A DNA stretch of 64,000 nucleotides from Octopus vulgaris (GCA_951406725.2 OX597817.1:49538001-49602000), one strand, 5' to 3'. Positions 37,811 through 51,032 are shown, numbered from the stretch's first letter. Numbers and translations: made by a program. Notes: a model not told the origin generated them from the letters alone.

Positions 37811-38537
37811 TGCTAACGTTTCTGCCAGCTCGCCGCCTTATTTGAGCTGATGATATCAACGAATAGACTGGAAACAAAAGCCTTGTTGATTTCATGCATG
37901 CAATACAACAAAGAGGGAACTGCAGTCTTAGCAAGCCGATCCCTGGACACAGGACCCAAGGAGAGCGCCTGGCTGATTATGATAGTTGCCGTATTGTTAA
38001 CGAAACTTCCTTCAGCCTAGTATCAGCGGGTTCCGAGCTGTGAGATAGAAATATGCACTGCGTCACATTGATTAGAATGTGATCAAATATTCTAATGGGA
38101 ACAGAGACGATAATAACTGGGTTTGGAAACGAGAGAGATAAAATATATAAAAGCTTTCTTATTCGATGAGTTGCTGAACGCATCCATGAAATAGATAAGC
38201 TGTCTGGTTCTGAAACAATAAAAGGAATCTACATGGCCTAGTGGTTAGAGCAGCGGACTCGCGGTCGAGGGATCGCGGATTCGAATCTCAGACCGGTGGA
38301 TGTGTGTTTATGAGCGAAACACCTAAGCTCCACGCGGCTTCGGCAGAAGGTAATGGCGAACTTCTGCTGACTCTTTCGCCACAACTTTTTCTCATTCTTT
38401 CCACCTGCATCTTGCAACTCACCTGCGAAGATAAAATATATAAAAGTTTTCTTATTCGATGAGTTGCTGAACGCATCCACGAAATAGATAAGCTGTCTGG
38501 TTCTGAAACAATAAAAGGAATCTACTAATTTACGAAT

Positions 38538-38842
38538 GTGGAGGCCCATGGCTTAGTGGTTAGAGCAGCGGACTCGCGGTCGCGGGATCGCGGGTTCGAA
38601 TTTCAGACCAGGCGATGTGTGTGTTAATGAGCGAAACACCTAAGCGCCACGCGGCTCCGGCAGAAGGTAATGGCGAACTTCTGCTGACTCTTTCGCCACA
38701 ACTTTCTCTCACTCTTTCCTCCTGCATCTTGCAGCTCACCTGCGACGGACCGACGTCCCGTCCAGGTGGGGAACCTATACGCCAAGGAAACCGGGAAACC
38801 GGCCCTTATGAGCCAGGCGCGGCTCGAGAAGGAACAAACAAT
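38538..38842 (+). mobile_element. SINE family C variant (partial duplicate at 38233-38428)
   Basis: TSD CTAATTTACGAA. Confidence 0.88.
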
Positions 38843-39306
38843 CTAATTTACGAACAAGTTAATGTGGAACAAGACTGTATGTGTTAGACAAGTCAAGTGC
38901 AGATCATTCTTATCTGCTTCAGTTCATTGCTAGAAATAAATCTCAAGGTTTGCACATGCCTTTTGATAAGCTAAGAAAGCTTATCTGTTATTTTTTGCTT
39001 GTTTCGGTATTGGGACAGAACCTTGAAGGTTTTACTCGAACAAATCCAAATCTGTTACTTATTCTAGTTGTTGTTCTTACCCAACCTCGAGGTCATGGGA
39101 GCGTAAACACACCAACTTTAGTTGCCACGCGACGGAGTGGACAAACACAAACGCAAACACACACACACACACATACATCTAAATATACGAAACTGTCAGA
39201 CCCTGAGTCACTCTGTTGCTTCTGCTAAATATTAGTAAAAAAATATATATACTCATATTTTGAGTTCTGCTTTTCCTGTTGGCTACAACATACCTAAATA
39301 CATATA

Positions 39307-39722
39307 CTAGCAGTATAGCCCGGCGTTGCACGGGTTTGTTTTTTTAGTTGCGCTTAAAACGGCAGACTTTGGTGTTGCATTAATAGTTTTGACATAGTTT
39401 CAATCCTTTTTGCAAAGTAAAAATTTTGCGTTATACAGCTTGTTATTCTCTTTAAGTGGACATTTTTCTGGTTGAAATACACCGAAAAATGGGCGAGACA
39501 GCAGTCAAAAAATCGTAAAAAAATAGGGATTTTCATAGAAAAAAAGCACCTTTTTGATGTAAATAATTTTTGGTCTTAACATGATCCGATTCGGAATGAA
39601 GAGCATACCCTCTTCTATCATACTCTCAATTTTGGTCAACTTGCGCCGCAGGGTCTGGGAGAAGATAGTGTTAGTTGAAGGCTACCAAACCTGCCACACA
39701 CACAGACAACTTCAGCTTTATA
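39307..39722 (-). mobile_element. Non-autonomous Helitron
   Basis: Highly similar to 17000-17392; CTAG end with hairpin. Confidence 0.8.
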
Positions 39723-39743
39723 TATATATATACATATATACAG

Positions 39744-39812
<69 letters not shown>

Positions 39813-39815
39813 TAT

Positions 39816-39850
<35 letters not shown>

Positions 39851-39932
39851 CACATATATATACACACACATATATATATACATATATATATATATATATG
39901 TATATATATACACACACATATATATGAATATA

Positions 39933-39999
<67 letters not shown>

Positions 40000-40014
40000 A
40001 TATATATGTATATA

Positions 40015-40080
<66 letters not shown>
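39720..40080. repeat. (TA)n/(CA)n microsatellite
   Basis: Direct inspection. Confidence 0.97.
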
Positions 40081-40082
<2 letters not shown>

Positions 40083-40320
40083 AATAGAGGTTTAAATAGC
40101 CTCATTAAGAGATGAAAGTATCCAATGAATTACTGGTTCAATTGCCAATTATTTTCTTATGAATAGTAATATTCGTAAAATAATAGGTTTAAGTATAGAT
40201 CTTGCTTTATAAATATTAAAATTAAAATTCAGAAAATTATTTAACTGCAAAAATTTAAACTTATTCTCTTACAGCTGTTTCGATTTTGCCCCCCAAATTA
40301 AATTCAGTAATTAAATCCTG
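40080..40320 (-). mobile_element. Penelope-LTR-like fragment with 3' half of a hammerhead
   Basis: Reverse GATTT..AAATC-GAAA-CAGCTG-TA-AGAG; abuts (TA)n. Confidence 0.5.
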
Positions 40321-40692
40321 ATCAATGAGTATCCGGACTGTTGCCATAATAACGAGGCTAAATTACGCAGAGGAAAGCCGCTTGGCACAGATTGACCTTG
40401 AGCTCTGCTATGCATGCGCACTGGATTTAAGCGTTCTAAATCACTTCAGCTGTTTACAGCAGTGCTTAGAAGGAAGGTGTGTAGTGTGTGATGGCCGCAT
40501 TGTCCAAGACAGAGAAAGTTGAACAGAGAATCTGCATCGAATTTTCGTGAAAGCTTGGCGATACCTGCTCAGAGACCAATGCAAAATTTTCACACAGTTT
40601 TCATCGTTCCCGATACAATCCAGATCATTTGGTCAGCTGAATGTAGTTTTCGCACAAACTTGGCAGATACGCGTCTCATAGCCAAATCTTCA
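40318..40692 (+). pseudogene. Mariner transposon 5' relic with an inverted internal piece
   Basis: Plus strand EKVEQRICIEFS*KLGDTCSET; minus strand 40590-40692 DLAMRRVSAKFVRKL. Confidence 0.7.
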
Positions 40693-40797
40693 TTGAGTAC
40701 CAGTTGGGTACTGGGATCGATCTAATCGACTGGCTCCTTCCCCCAAAATTTCGGGCCTTGTACATACAGTAGAAAAGATTATTATTATTATTATTAT

Positions 40798-40841
<44 letters not shown>

Positions 40842-40943
40842 TTGTTATCGAATTCTTTAATATTTAACCAACTAATTAATCGATTGATTTGATTAATTTG
40901 ACCGATTAATTAATTAACATTATTAAAATGTTAACGAATTGAC

Positions 40944-41011
<68 letters not shown>

Positions 41012-41354
41012 TTCAGGGACCTTTTGAGTGGGATGGGCAACTCAACGTGAAGAAAATTCTAACTGGGCCACCACCTGTAAGGTCATGTGCTGTTTATCTT
41101 GATATAAGATCACCATGTCACGCACATATAGTTGTGATGCATGTACCTAGTGTGCCCTTATCAGATGGTTAGTCATGATGGGTATACTGGGCTTCGTTGC
41201 GCTGTTCTCTCACTCAATGAGGAGGAGGATAAAAGAAGTTAACTAGAATGAGGTGTAATTACCCTCCAGATACGAAATGCAATGAAACCTGTTCGTATCA
41301 TGAAACTTGCAAGCCAAATACAAAAACGGAAAATTCTATTTTATAAATAAGGTG

Positions 41355-42060
41355 TTGCGAAGACAGAGACATTGGTCCTCTCAAGAAAGTCTTTCCAGCG
41401 ATTTCTGCGTGTTAGAAGAACAGCACTGAGGCAGGCTGAGAAGCTGAGTTATCTCGGAACCAAATTCACGATTGATGAGAAACAGGAGGTTGAATTGGAT
41501 GTTAAATTTCTAGGTGCTAGCAGAGTAACGAGCCAACTTCAGCTGTCGACCTTCAGAGAAGGAGAAATTGATAGGAAAAAAAAAAACACAAGCTTCCTAC
41601 CTTGAATTCTGTTTTTGTGCCTATCTTCTTCTATGGTCATGAATGTTGGGTAATGATAGAAAGAGTACGATTTCGAACGCAAGGGGGCGAGATGGAGTTC
41701 TTCAGAATGGTATCTGGATTAATGAGGGTTTTTTTCAACAGGGTGCGTATCTTGGAGATCTGGGAGCCTCTCCATGTCGGGCCGATACTTCACATCGAGA
41801 GGTCACATGTTACTTCGAACATGTGATTAGAATGTCGCAGGAACGAATCGCAAGACGTATTCTTCAAGCCGAGCCAACCGGTAAGAGATATAGGAATAGG
41901 CCAGAACGAGATGATTGAATAATGTCCATAGTCTCAGGTAGTCAAACTCGGGAATCTGGCCGAAAATTCTAATGACGGTTGCTTTTCATAGGAGAAGCAT
42001 GGAAATATTACCACCACAACCCTCCCAGGAATAATGGGTGCAGAAGATGGACGTATTAAT
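41355..42060 (+). pseudogene. RTE-clade LINE RT C-terminal relic
   Basis: EKLSYLG..NSVFVPIFFYGHECWVMIERVRFRTQGGEMEFFRMVSG..HVIRMSQERIARRILQAEPTGKR, frameshifted. Confidence 0.8.
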
Positions 42061-42130
42061 GAAGAGGTGATAGCAAAAAAAATCAAAAAAATTTCATTCA
42101 TATTTGGACGGGTCTGGTATTTGACTAACT

Positions 42131-42352
42131 TAAGGCGGCGAGCTAGCAGAATCGTTAGCATGCCGGGCGAAATGCGTAGCCGTATTTCGTCTGCCGTTAC
42201 GTTCTGAGTTCAAATTCCGCCGAGGTTGACTTTGCCTTTCATCCTTTCGGGGTCGATTAAATAAGTACCAGTTACGCACTGAGGTCGATATAATCGACGT
42301 AATCCCTTTGTCTGTCCTTGTTTGTCTTCTCTGTGTTTAGCCCCTTGTGAGT
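42131..42352 (+). mobile_element. SINE family B
   Basis: B consensus. Confidence 0.88.
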
Positions 42353-43778
42353 AAGTTGCCATAAAAGGAATATGAGGCTATAATTCTTTGTAGACGCTAT
42401 CAAAGACAGTTTATATGATTAAATGAGAAAGGACATATTGAAACGGCTCTTCTTTGAGAGAATCTGCTTAAGACTATTTTCTAGTCGTTTCTTAAATAAA
42501 ACGATTTACACGTACAATACATGATATTCTCGCCGCTTTATTTTTGAGTGAACCGAACCAGCAGAAATGAACTGTCTTGAAAATATGCACGACACTTGGG
42601 GATCTGCTAAAAATAGTCTCACTGCCGGTTGTTCGTTGTATTTAAAGTCAATTGCTAATGCACATTGCATTTGCAGAGGTGTGTTTAACAATATTTAGTA
42701 ATTAAAGTTCGTCATTAGCTCTGGATAATTCTAGAGGACATTTTAGGTCACATATCGCAATTTTTGAGCTACAAAAATATTGGGTGTTTTATTTTATTTT
42801 CTTTTTTTTATTTTTTGCATTTCCCATCTATATGATTCATTAATAGTTTCAAAAACAAAAATAAAATAATAAAAAGTTTATTATTGCAATTGAATAGAAA
42901 AGGATAAATATACTTTTCTTTTTCAGCAATCCCCATTTGGGACTTTTCGAAAGATTTATCATAATTTCTAAAATAATTCACACATGAATAAAATTTAAAT
43001 ACTATATATTATTTTAACACCTGAGACACTTGGCAAAGCCAAAAAATATGAATAAAAAAATTTGGCAGTTAATCGGTTAATCTCAACAACATTAAAAAGC
43101 TGACTCCGAATAATTATGTGATGAGAAAAGCTCGGTCTTAGTCACTGACTAATTTCATTGTAATTACTTCCTTAAGTGTGTCCGTGAACATGTCTACGTC
43201 TGTCTCTGTGTTTAACCAAATAAACCGGTTTCTGTCTATTTACAAGAAAGCTTGAGTAAGCAATTCGATTAAATAAGATCGAAATAGATACTTGGGTTAA
43301 AATGATTGATTAAAATATTTCAAGATAGTTACCCAATGACTAAAAATAGTACTAAGGTAAGAAGAAAAATAAAAGATCGAATATGAAATATATGAGAACA
43401 CGCGGCAGGCAACACGTGATACGTTTCGGTTTTGTTCTGAGCTCGTTATAGTTTTCGGCGTATTGACCGAAACTGTGACTGGGGGATTTCCCAGTGTATA
43501 TTTCTATGAATGATAGAACGCAGGCTAAAGTGTCCCTTGCATATAAATTAATGTCCTTGTCGGGAGCTAGTGTACCTCTGTAGTAATTTATAAGATAGGT
43601 GCACATTCGACAGATATGAAAACCTGAAGCTCTGATACGTTTCCAGTGAGAGACCAGCAGATAAGATTTTGACTGATATAAAGAAATAGCCATGTTAGAA
43701 GAGGCGGTCTTAACAAATGTCCTTTGAAGAACACTTGCGAAAGTTTGCCAAAAATATTTGTGTGTGTGTATGTGTTTT

Positions 43779-43831
<53 letters not shown>

Positions 43832-43834
43832 ATA

Positions 43835-44190
43835 TTCTTTGATTGTTTTAGTCATTTCAGTCCGGCCTTGCTGGAGCACCACCTTTAGTCGAGTAAATCG
43901 ACCCCAAGACATAATTCTTTGTAAGCCTAGTACTTATTCTATCGGTCTCATTTGCCGAACCGCTAACGTTACGGGGACGTAAACACGCCAACAACGGTTG
44001 TCAAGAGAGGGTAGGGGAGGGGGGAAGAAATACACAAACACACACATATATATATGCCGGGCTTCTTTCAGTTTCCGTCTACCAGATCAACTCACAAGGC
44101 TTTGGTCGGCCCTAGGCTATAGTAGAAGGCACTTGCCCAAGGTGCTATGCAGTGGGACTGAACCTTGAACCACATGGTTGGTAAGCAAAC
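43835..44190 (-). mobile_element. SINE family A
   Basis: A consensus, reverse strand. Confidence 0.85.
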
Positions 44191-44288
44191 ACACATATAT
44201 ACAAATCCATATGAATCTACATAGACAGACAGGCAGGCAGGCAGACAGACACACAGACACACAGATGATATAATGTTATAGATAGATA

Positions 44289-44526
44289 CAGGGTATTCAA
44301 AAAGTCTCTCCGCAGTAAGTAATTAATTGCAAAATAAAAATTTGTAAGATGGTATAAGACTACAAAAGAATATATTAGACTTTACAAGACTTTCAAAAAC
44401 TTTATAAGAAGTGTTGGAAGTGTCGTCTTTCATTTTCAATACATAAGTTGACTCTTCTGCACATGTTTTGAAATACATCTTGGAGACAAAAAAAAATTCA
44501 CTGCGGAAAACTTTTTGAACACCCTG
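44289..44526. mobile_element. Tc1/mariner-type MITE
   Basis: TA|CAGGGTATTCAAAAAGTCTCTCCGCAGT ... ACTGCGGAAAACTTTTTGAACACCCTG|TA. Confidence 0.85.
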
Positions 44527-44617
44527 TATAATGTTTGGCTTTGTTAGAATAACTGAAGGATTATTCAATACTTTTGATTGAATATAAATTTATTATTTTG
44601 TAACAACAATATTTACT

Positions 44618-44664
44618 GACAATGACTTGGAAGTTTCGGGCAGTTTAGCCATCATCGGACAGTC
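44618..44664 (-). ncRNA. Minimal type I hammerhead motif (U4C core, GUC triplet)
   Basis: Reverse GACTGT-CCGATGA-TGGCTAAACTGCCC-GAAA-CTTCCAAG-TC-ATTGTC. Confidence 0.72.
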
Positions 44665-44800
44665 CGATGATGGCTTAGCACACACACACACACAGATGCA
44701 CACGCACGCACGCATATTAATACTATACATACACCCACATGCATATAGACACACACATACGGAGATACATCAAGAGAATATTATATATATGTGTGTGTGT

Positions 44801-45105
44801 GTGGAGGCGCAATGGCCCAGTGATAAGGGCAACGGACTCACGGTCAGAGGATCGCGGTTTCGATTCTCAGACCGGGCGTTGTGTGTGTTTATTGAGCGAA
44901 AACACCTAAAAGCTCCACGAGGCTCCGGCAGGGGGTGGTGGCGACCCCTATTGTACTGTTTCGCCACAACTTTCTCTCACTCTCTCTTCCTGTTTCTTGA
45001 GTAACGCTGCGATGGACTGGCGTCCCGTCCAGAGGTGGGGGGCATATACGCCACAAAAACCGGGAAACCGGGCCCATGAGCCTGGCTAAGCTTGAAAAGG
45101 GCGAC
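44801..45105 (+). mobile_element. SINE family C (tail 1)
   Basis: C consensus. Confidence 0.9.
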
Positions 45106-45128
45106 GTTTTATTGATATATAAAAATAA

Positions 45129-45134
<6 letters not shown>

Positions 45135-45203
<69 letters not shown>

Positions 45204-45219
45204 CATACATACATATATA

Positions 45220-45260
<41 letters not shown>

Positions 45261-45292
45261 ATATATATACATACATATATATATATATATAC

Positions 45293-45349
<57 letters not shown>

Positions 45350-45399
45350 TATATACATATATATATATTTATATATACATATATATATATATATATATT

Positions 45400-45440
<41 letters not shown>

Positions 45441-45452
45441 CATATATATATA

Positions 45453-45526
<74 letters not shown>

Positions 45527-45626
45527 CACACATACACGTGTCTGTGTGTGTATATATGTGTGTCTGCGTGACCGTCCTTGTTTTCTTATGGGAAAGAATA
45601 TATATATATGAGTTTGTGTACGACAG

Positions 45627-45670
<44 letters not shown>
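45135..45670. repeat. (TA)n-rich microsatellite block
   Basis: Direct inspection. Confidence 0.95.
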
Positions 45671-45674
<4 letters not shown>

Positions 45675-46079
45675 ACATTTACGCGGTATATCGTTATGTA
45701 AGACGTGTAAGCTTGTAAAGTTGTTTTATGTGAGTCACCAGCCGTCGTGTCAGTTACACAAATCTACCTCGACAGGGAAATTTGTGTCGTGACTCACTAT
45801 TGACTAACACGTAGTCGAGTATCAATGGTAACTCTATTACTATTATTATTATTATTATTATTATTATTAGTTAGGGGTTGTTTGTGAATGGCCAAAATGT
45901 GGGTAACCGATTATAGTTATCTAGTTATATGTATGTATTTTTCCCCACGTGTTTACGTTATGGAATTGTAACTGATATCAAGATCAACCGCATGTTTCCT
46001 TCTGGAATTCGATAACATCTAAGTTCCTTGTCGACTTGAATGTGGTCGATTTAATGAACCGAACACGAATTTTTAACCT

Positions 46080-46322
46080 TATTGGCAGAATAGTTTGAGC
46101 GTTAAAAAAAAGAAAAAAAAAGAAAAAGAAACAACGGTGTATGGACCTGCCGTTACGTTCTGAGTTCAAATTCCACCGAGGTCGACATTGCCTTTCATCC
46201 TTTCGGGATCGATAAATTAAGTACCATTTACGCACTGGGATCGATGTAACCGACTTAATCCGTTTGTCTGTCCTCGTTTGTCCCCCTCTATGTTTAGCCC
46301 CTTGTGGGTAGTAAAGAAATAG
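46080..46322 (+). mobile_element. SINE family B
   Basis: B consensus with a disrupted head. Confidence 0.8.
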
Positions 46323-46356
46323 GTTTGAGTCCAAATTTAGCCGATGTCAACTTTGT

Positions 46357-46549
46357 CATTCATCATCATCATCATCATAGTCGTCATCGTCGTCATTACC
46401 ATCATCATAATCGTCGTCATCATCATTGCCATCATCATTGTCGTCGTCGCCACCGTCATTATCATCATCATCACCAGCATCATCATTACCATCACCATCA
46501 TCATCATTGCCATCATCGCCGTCGTCGTGGTGATTACCATCATCATCAC

Positions 46550-46597
<48 letters not shown>

Positions 46598-46610
46598 TAT
46601 TATCATCATC
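46357..46610. repeat. Degenerate (CAT)n trinucleotide tract
   Basis: Direct inspection; adjoins the tail of a minus-strand D-type SINE (46610-46860). Confidence 0.95.
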
Positions 46611-46932
46611 AGTCTATGGGCATTTACTGCCTCGGGTCCTAGCAATCGTAGGGCCGGTTACCCGGTTACCCGGTTTCCATGGCGTATTAGTGACTGAAAA
46701 GGACACCGCTCCATCGTAGGGTTAACTCATTTACAGCTAAACGGACTGAAGCAGCGTTTCGTGAAGTGTTTCGCTCTCAAGATCACAACGCACCATCCGG
46801 TCCGGGAACCGAAATCACGATCTTCCGATCGTGAGTGCAACACCCAAACCCCTAACCAAGGTCCATAAAATACGGTCCCACTTAGTCGTGTACTATTTTA
46901 ATTAATTGTTCCCTTCCTTCAAATTTCTGGCC

Positions 46933-47224
46933 TTTTACTCTTTTTTATTTGTTTCAATCATTTGACTGTGGCCATAATGGAGCACCGCCTTTAGTCGAAC
47001 AAATTGACCCCAGGACTTATTCTTTGTAAGCTTAGTACTTATTCTATCGGTCGCTTTTGCCGAACCGTTAGGTGACGGGGGCGTAAACACACCAGCATCA
47101 GTTGTCAAGCGCATGTGGGGAGGACAAATACACAAACACACACATACATGCATACACACATACATGCATACATGCATACACACATACATGCATACATACA
47201 TACATACATACATACATACATACA

Positions 47225-47286
<62 letters not shown>

Positions 47287-47397
47287 CGACAGGCTTCTTT
47301 CAGTTTCCGTCTATCAAATCCACTCACAAGGCTTTAGTCGACCCGAGGCTATAGTAGAAGACACTAGCCCAAGGTGCCACACTGTGGAACTGAACCG
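46933..47397 (-). mobile_element. SINE family A
   Basis: A consensus, reverse strand, with (TACA)n centre. Confidence 0.88.
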
Positions 47398-47799
47398 CAG
47401 GAAGTCAATTACTAGTTTATGTCGTATTGAATTGTAAAATATCTTGCAGAGGATGTGATCTATGTCTAGTCCCTGGCTATGCTACATTTTCTTTTATTTT
47501 TGGGACTATTTATAAAGTTATATAAGACCTGGTAAGGTTTTTCTGATTTTGCCCAGCTTGTTTACCATACTCAGTACACCAAATATTATTGACATCGGTT
47601 TTCCACTCATACACACATATCATTTATCGTATTTGATGGCAGAAAAGACGCACATTTTTCCCCAAAATATCTTTCACAAAAGAAAAAAAAAAAAACGAAA
47701 ATCACCCTGGGTCCTGTATGCGATGTTGAGCCTCCCATAAGATTTAATGTACTAAAAGCCTTTTTCATAAATATGTGTCGCTGAAAATAGGTTGCTGAA

Positions 47800-48240
47800 C
47801 TTAGGGAGCGTTTAGTATACCCGTGAATCTTTTATGTCATCGAATGCGGTCTCTCTATTTCAAAGTCCCTCAACTTTTATAAGTTTTGCTTCGTTATATA
47901 TATTGTTTTTTCTCACAAGGGATCGACAATGGTGATCAGATTATATAGATTTTCGTAGATATTTGTCATTCATTACCATAGTTGAGTGGCTCACTTTGAT
48001 GTCCTTGTCAGTCTGGACAAGTATCTTCCATATCATTATGACATACTGACTGGGTCTGGTACACGCTTATACCAACTTCGCGTCGATATTTTGGCATATT
48101 GCCCAATACAGTGGACATAGCCTTAATACGCAATCATATTTCTGGTTAGATTCTGTCTTTGCAAAGACTGCTCAGCCAAAAATAATGTGATCAATCGTTT
48201 CTGTGTACTGATTGCATAGCCTGCAGTTGTTGTTAGCCAC
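47800..48240 (-). pseudogene. R4/Dong-like (RLE) LINE relic
   Basis: Reverse NNCRLCNQYTETIDHIIFG (CCHC knuckle) .. LYWAICQK .. VQTDKDIK. Confidence 0.6.
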
Positions 48241-48542
48241 TTGCTTTCATTATTTTGTTATTATTCTTTTTATGGTTTGTTTGCACATGTGTATGTACAT
48301 GTGTGTGCGCACGCGCGTGTGTCTGTGTATTGGTATTGATTCTATACTACTAAAATCAGACATTTCAGTTGTTTTTCAGAAACTGAGCAATCACGCGATT
48401 TTATTCCCTTGCTGTCGAATCTTCCGGAATACTGGCCATGACAAGGTCTATTTTATTCCACTATTTTCCCCCTTATTAATTTTGGAGTTCCTTTTTTATT
48501 TTGTCTTTTTTTAATACTTTTTTTCTGATATGTGCATATCAT

Positions 48543-48956
48543 AGGCGCAGGAGTGGCTGTGTGGTAAGTAGCTTGCTTACCAACCACATGGTTCCGGGTT
48601 CAGTCCCACTGCGTGACACGGTAGGCAAGTGTCTTCTACTATAGCCTCGGGCCAACCAAAGCCTTGTGAGTGGATTTGGAAGACGGAAACTGAAAGAAGT
48701 TCATCGTATATATATGTATGTATGAATGGATGGATAGATGTATATGTTTGTATACGTGTGTTTGTTCCCCCCTACCCAACATCGCTTGATAACCGTTGCT
48801 GGTGTGTTTATGTCACCGTAACTTAGCGGTTCGGCAAAAGAGACCGATAGAATAAGTACTAGGCTTACAAAAAATAAGTCCTGAGGTCGATTTGTTCAAC
48901 TAAAGGCGATGCTCCAGCATGGCCGCAGTCAAATGACTGAAACAAGTAAAAGAGTA
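48543..48956 (+). mobile_element. SINE family A, full length
   Basis: A consensus. Confidence 0.92.
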
Positions 48957-49227
48957 GGCATACTGCTTTAATGAATAATATTAATTGTTAATTTCGTGTA
49001 ATTTAAGACTTCACTTTGCAAATGATTGCTTAGAAACAAGAGCATGTTTATTAATTGTTATTAAATCTTCTTTCTATAGAACTCATCAATTATTTGATAG
49101 AATACGAAATATATAAACAACATAAAACAGACGCGTTATTTGTTCCGGCCTTCTTCAATCTGAGTTGAAAATTCGCCGAGCTCAATTTTGCTTTCCATCC
49201 TTCCAGGATCAATAAAAATATATACCA

Positions 49228-49511
49228 GTCACCGAAACAGGACAATTGGGCGCCACTGTTTGGACGCTGGTCATACGGCATGGCCGACTGGACACAGAGC
49301 TTGCTTTGGCAAGAGTGCTTTTTGGCACTGGAGGCAAACACATAAGCGCGCGCATAGAAATATACACATACAGATAGAAAGAGTAAGATAGTGAGGGAGA
49401 GAGAAAGATAGAGAACATGAGAAGTATTAGAACGTCTAATGTCAATTAGCGTCAAGTAAGCAACGCCAAAAAGGCGACGCCAAAACGGCGGTGCCGAAAC
49501 GTCCCATACTC
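49228..49511. mobile_element. Old TIR-type element (family of 20805 and 55706)
   Basis: Ends GCCAAAACGGCGGTGCCGAAACGTCCCATACT; splits a SINE B relic. Confidence 0.5.
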
Positions 49512-49899
49512 ATCAGCCACATACTGAAGTCTATGTAATCGACTGCTTCCTTCCTCCAAACTCAAAGCCATGTTCTTACGTAAGAAAATATATTAGCGCA
49601 GTAAACTGGCTGAATAATTAGCACATCACACAAAAATACCTTTATTCGTCGTTGCGTAAGCATTTGCACTTCTTGTGAAAAAGACGGGTTCCACTAGTTA
49701 TGTAAAAAATATTTGGACACGGAAGTTCAGATTAATAAGTTTCTGTAACAGAAATATAATAAAATGTCGAAATTACTGCTCTTCTCATCTTTCTATGAAA
49801 GAAATGGTTCTTTTTCAACCGTTGACTTGATTGTGTAGGCAAAAGAGAGCATTGGGATGCTAGTTGAGTATATGGCTTCAAAACTGTACAAGGACATGA

Positions 49900-50600
49900 G
49901 AATGAATGAAACTGAAAATAAATGGATAAAGAAAAGAATGCATGGACAATTTCATAGAGTTGTTGAAGATAAGATTGAGAAAAAAGATGGCTATGAATGA
50001 CTAAAAGTGATTTAAAACTGGAAACGGAGGCTCTAACCTGTGCTACCCAAGAGCAAGCATTAAGAACCAATAACATCAAATACAGAATAGACAACACATC
50101 AGAAAGTGATGAATTCAGAATTTGTGGACAAAATGGTGAAACCGTATGACATATTACCAGTCAATGTACGCCACTGGCCTAGAAAGAATATAAGAGACGT
50201 CATGACAAGATACCTAGGATTGTCCATTGGAAACTTTGCCACAAGTATGGACTTGACAAAGCAAAAAATTGGTAGGAACATAAACCCGAAGGAATCATCG
50301 AAAATGATAATGCAAAGAACCTATAGGTTCTTTATGATTCAGTGCGACCATGTGATAGAGAATAGGAAGCCAGACATAGTGTTAATGGAGAAAGAAAGCA
50401 AACGATGCTGGATCATAGATATAGCATGCCCAGCTGACAAGGTATGCAATAAGGAAGAAAGAAAAGTGGATAGATATGACAGGTTAACTTGGGAGGTTAA
50501 GCAGTTTTGGTCGCTGAAAAAGGTGGTAGTAGTACCAATAATTGTCGGAGCCCTGAGAACGGTGAGTAAAAGTCTTGAGAAGTACATGGAACAAATAGGC
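49900..50600 (+). pseudogene. R4/Dong-like LINE C-terminus: zinc knuckle plus restriction-like endonuclease
   Basis: MHGQF..ETEALTCATQEQALRTN..RICGQNGETV*HITSQC..RHD..NRKPDIVL..CWIIDIACP..KVDRY..VVPIIVGAL. Confidence 0.85.
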
Positions 50601-50980
50601 GTGGCTGTGTGACAAGAAGTTTGTTTCCCAAACCTCATGGATGCGGATTCATACCCATTGCGTAGCGCCTTGGGCAAGTGACTTCTACTATAGCCTCGAG
50701 CCGACCAAAGTCTTGCGAACGGATTTGGCAGGAGGAAACTGAAAGAAGCCTGTTGTATAACTGTATATCTGTGTGTGTTTGTGTGTCTATGATTGTCCCC
50801 CCCCCCCAAGCACACACACCACTTGGCAACCGGTGTTGGTGTGCTTATGTCCCCGTAATTTCACATTTAGCAAAATAGAGCTATAGAATAAGTATTAATC
50901 TTTAAAAACAAGTACCAGGGTTGATTCATTCGACTAAAATGGCCGCAGTGAAATGACTGAAACAAGCAAAAGAAAAAGAT
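50598..50980 (+). mobile_element. SINE family A, diverged
   Basis: A consensus. Confidence 0.75.
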
Positions 50981-51000
50981 AATGAAAAACATATATATAT

Positions 51001-51032
<32 letters not shown>

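Noticed and set aside
45728-45800. Inverted AP-1 sites GTGAGTCAC/GTGACTCAC with an inner short inverted repeat
   Set aside because: Short motifs with no supporting context; could be chance
46304-46697. Poly-His, poly-Ile and poly-Met ORFs
   Set aside because: Degenerate (CAT)n tract at a SINE tail; no splice or codon evidence
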